Made by a program: the position numbers and the translations under genes. 25,634 nucleotides of DNA from a virus. Lineage: Duplodnaviria > Caudoviricetes. Positions within the stretch are counted from its first letter, which is position 1. Every line of letters starts with the position of its first letter. Location: positions 1-25,634 of the IMG/VR virus record IMGVR_UViG_3300020042_005688. One strand, 5' to 3'. Of the stretch, positions 25,346 through 25,634 are shown piece after piece. The notes beneath the pieces were generated by a model that saw nothing but the letters and a program-made list of their open reading frames with translations, had not been told where the DNA came from and made no database searches.

Positions 25346-25634
25346 ATGCTCACACCTAAAACACAACTCGAAAAAGACCTAGCGGAAAAAGACGCTGGCA
25401 TCATCCGTGCAGCAACTGCTTTGCACTACGCTGGAACCGTTATTGCAGCGGAGAACGCGCAGTTCTGGGCTTTACCACAAGATCGTTTGCTTGCCGTTCT
25501 CAATGACAACGTAGAGCGCACTTTGGCAATGTTTGAAGCGAACAGCGTAACGGCTAACGCAATCAATTCATTGCTTGACCAGATCGGCAACGAAGCGTTG
25601 AGTCATCGCGTTCCAATCACCATGCCAGCAAACT
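25346..25634 (+). CDS. Hypothetical protein (5' part, runs off window)
   Basis: ATG 25346, MLTPKTQLEKDLAEKDAG..., open to the window end. Confidence 0.65.
   Translation, partial: MLTPKTQLEKDLAEKDAGIIRAATALHYAGTVIAAENAQFWALPQDRLLAVLNDNVERTLAMFEANSVTANAINSLLDQIGNEALSHRVPITMPAN

Noticed and set aside
1-25634. Stop-codon reassignment
   Set aside because: Core genes are full length in the standard code, and TAA, TGA and TAG all end genes at sensible boundaries.

Overview
A 25.6-kb stretch of a tailed dsDNA phage or prophage; no integrase, transposase, tRNA, rRNA or CRISPR array was seen. Bases 1-7120 are an early/accessory region. It starts with a rightward operon (RecE/ExoVIII-like nuclease, SSB-like protein) ending at a terminator. 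Two divergent operons then start from an AT-rich control region at ~3915-4117. The leftward one has a ~350-nt structured non-coding leader and a Dam-like adenine methyltransferase. The rightward one encodes an RHH protein, two membrane micropeptides, a PD-(D/E)XK nuclease, a tandem array of mosaic 'MSDTP...LEREL...QRDAL...KGG' genes and a DnaA-C-like HTH protein. Bases 7227-25634 are the late region: wHTH, MuF-like protein with a C-terminal zincin domain plus a small acidic ORF, terS, terL, Mu-like portal, gpG-like protein, Mu I-like protease, major capsid, cement, connectors, tail tube, short tape measure, tail-tip proteins, a GT-A glycosyltransferase, a BppU-like protein and a collagen-containing fibre. 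The most notable items are the combinatorial coding-cassette array (including a 7-mer repeat that fuses or splits one gene), the candidate ncRNA/attenuator, the MuF effector-immunity pair, the portal with an inserted domain and split C-terminus, and the glycosyltransferase inside the tail operon. All product calls come from motif recognition by eye; no database search was run.
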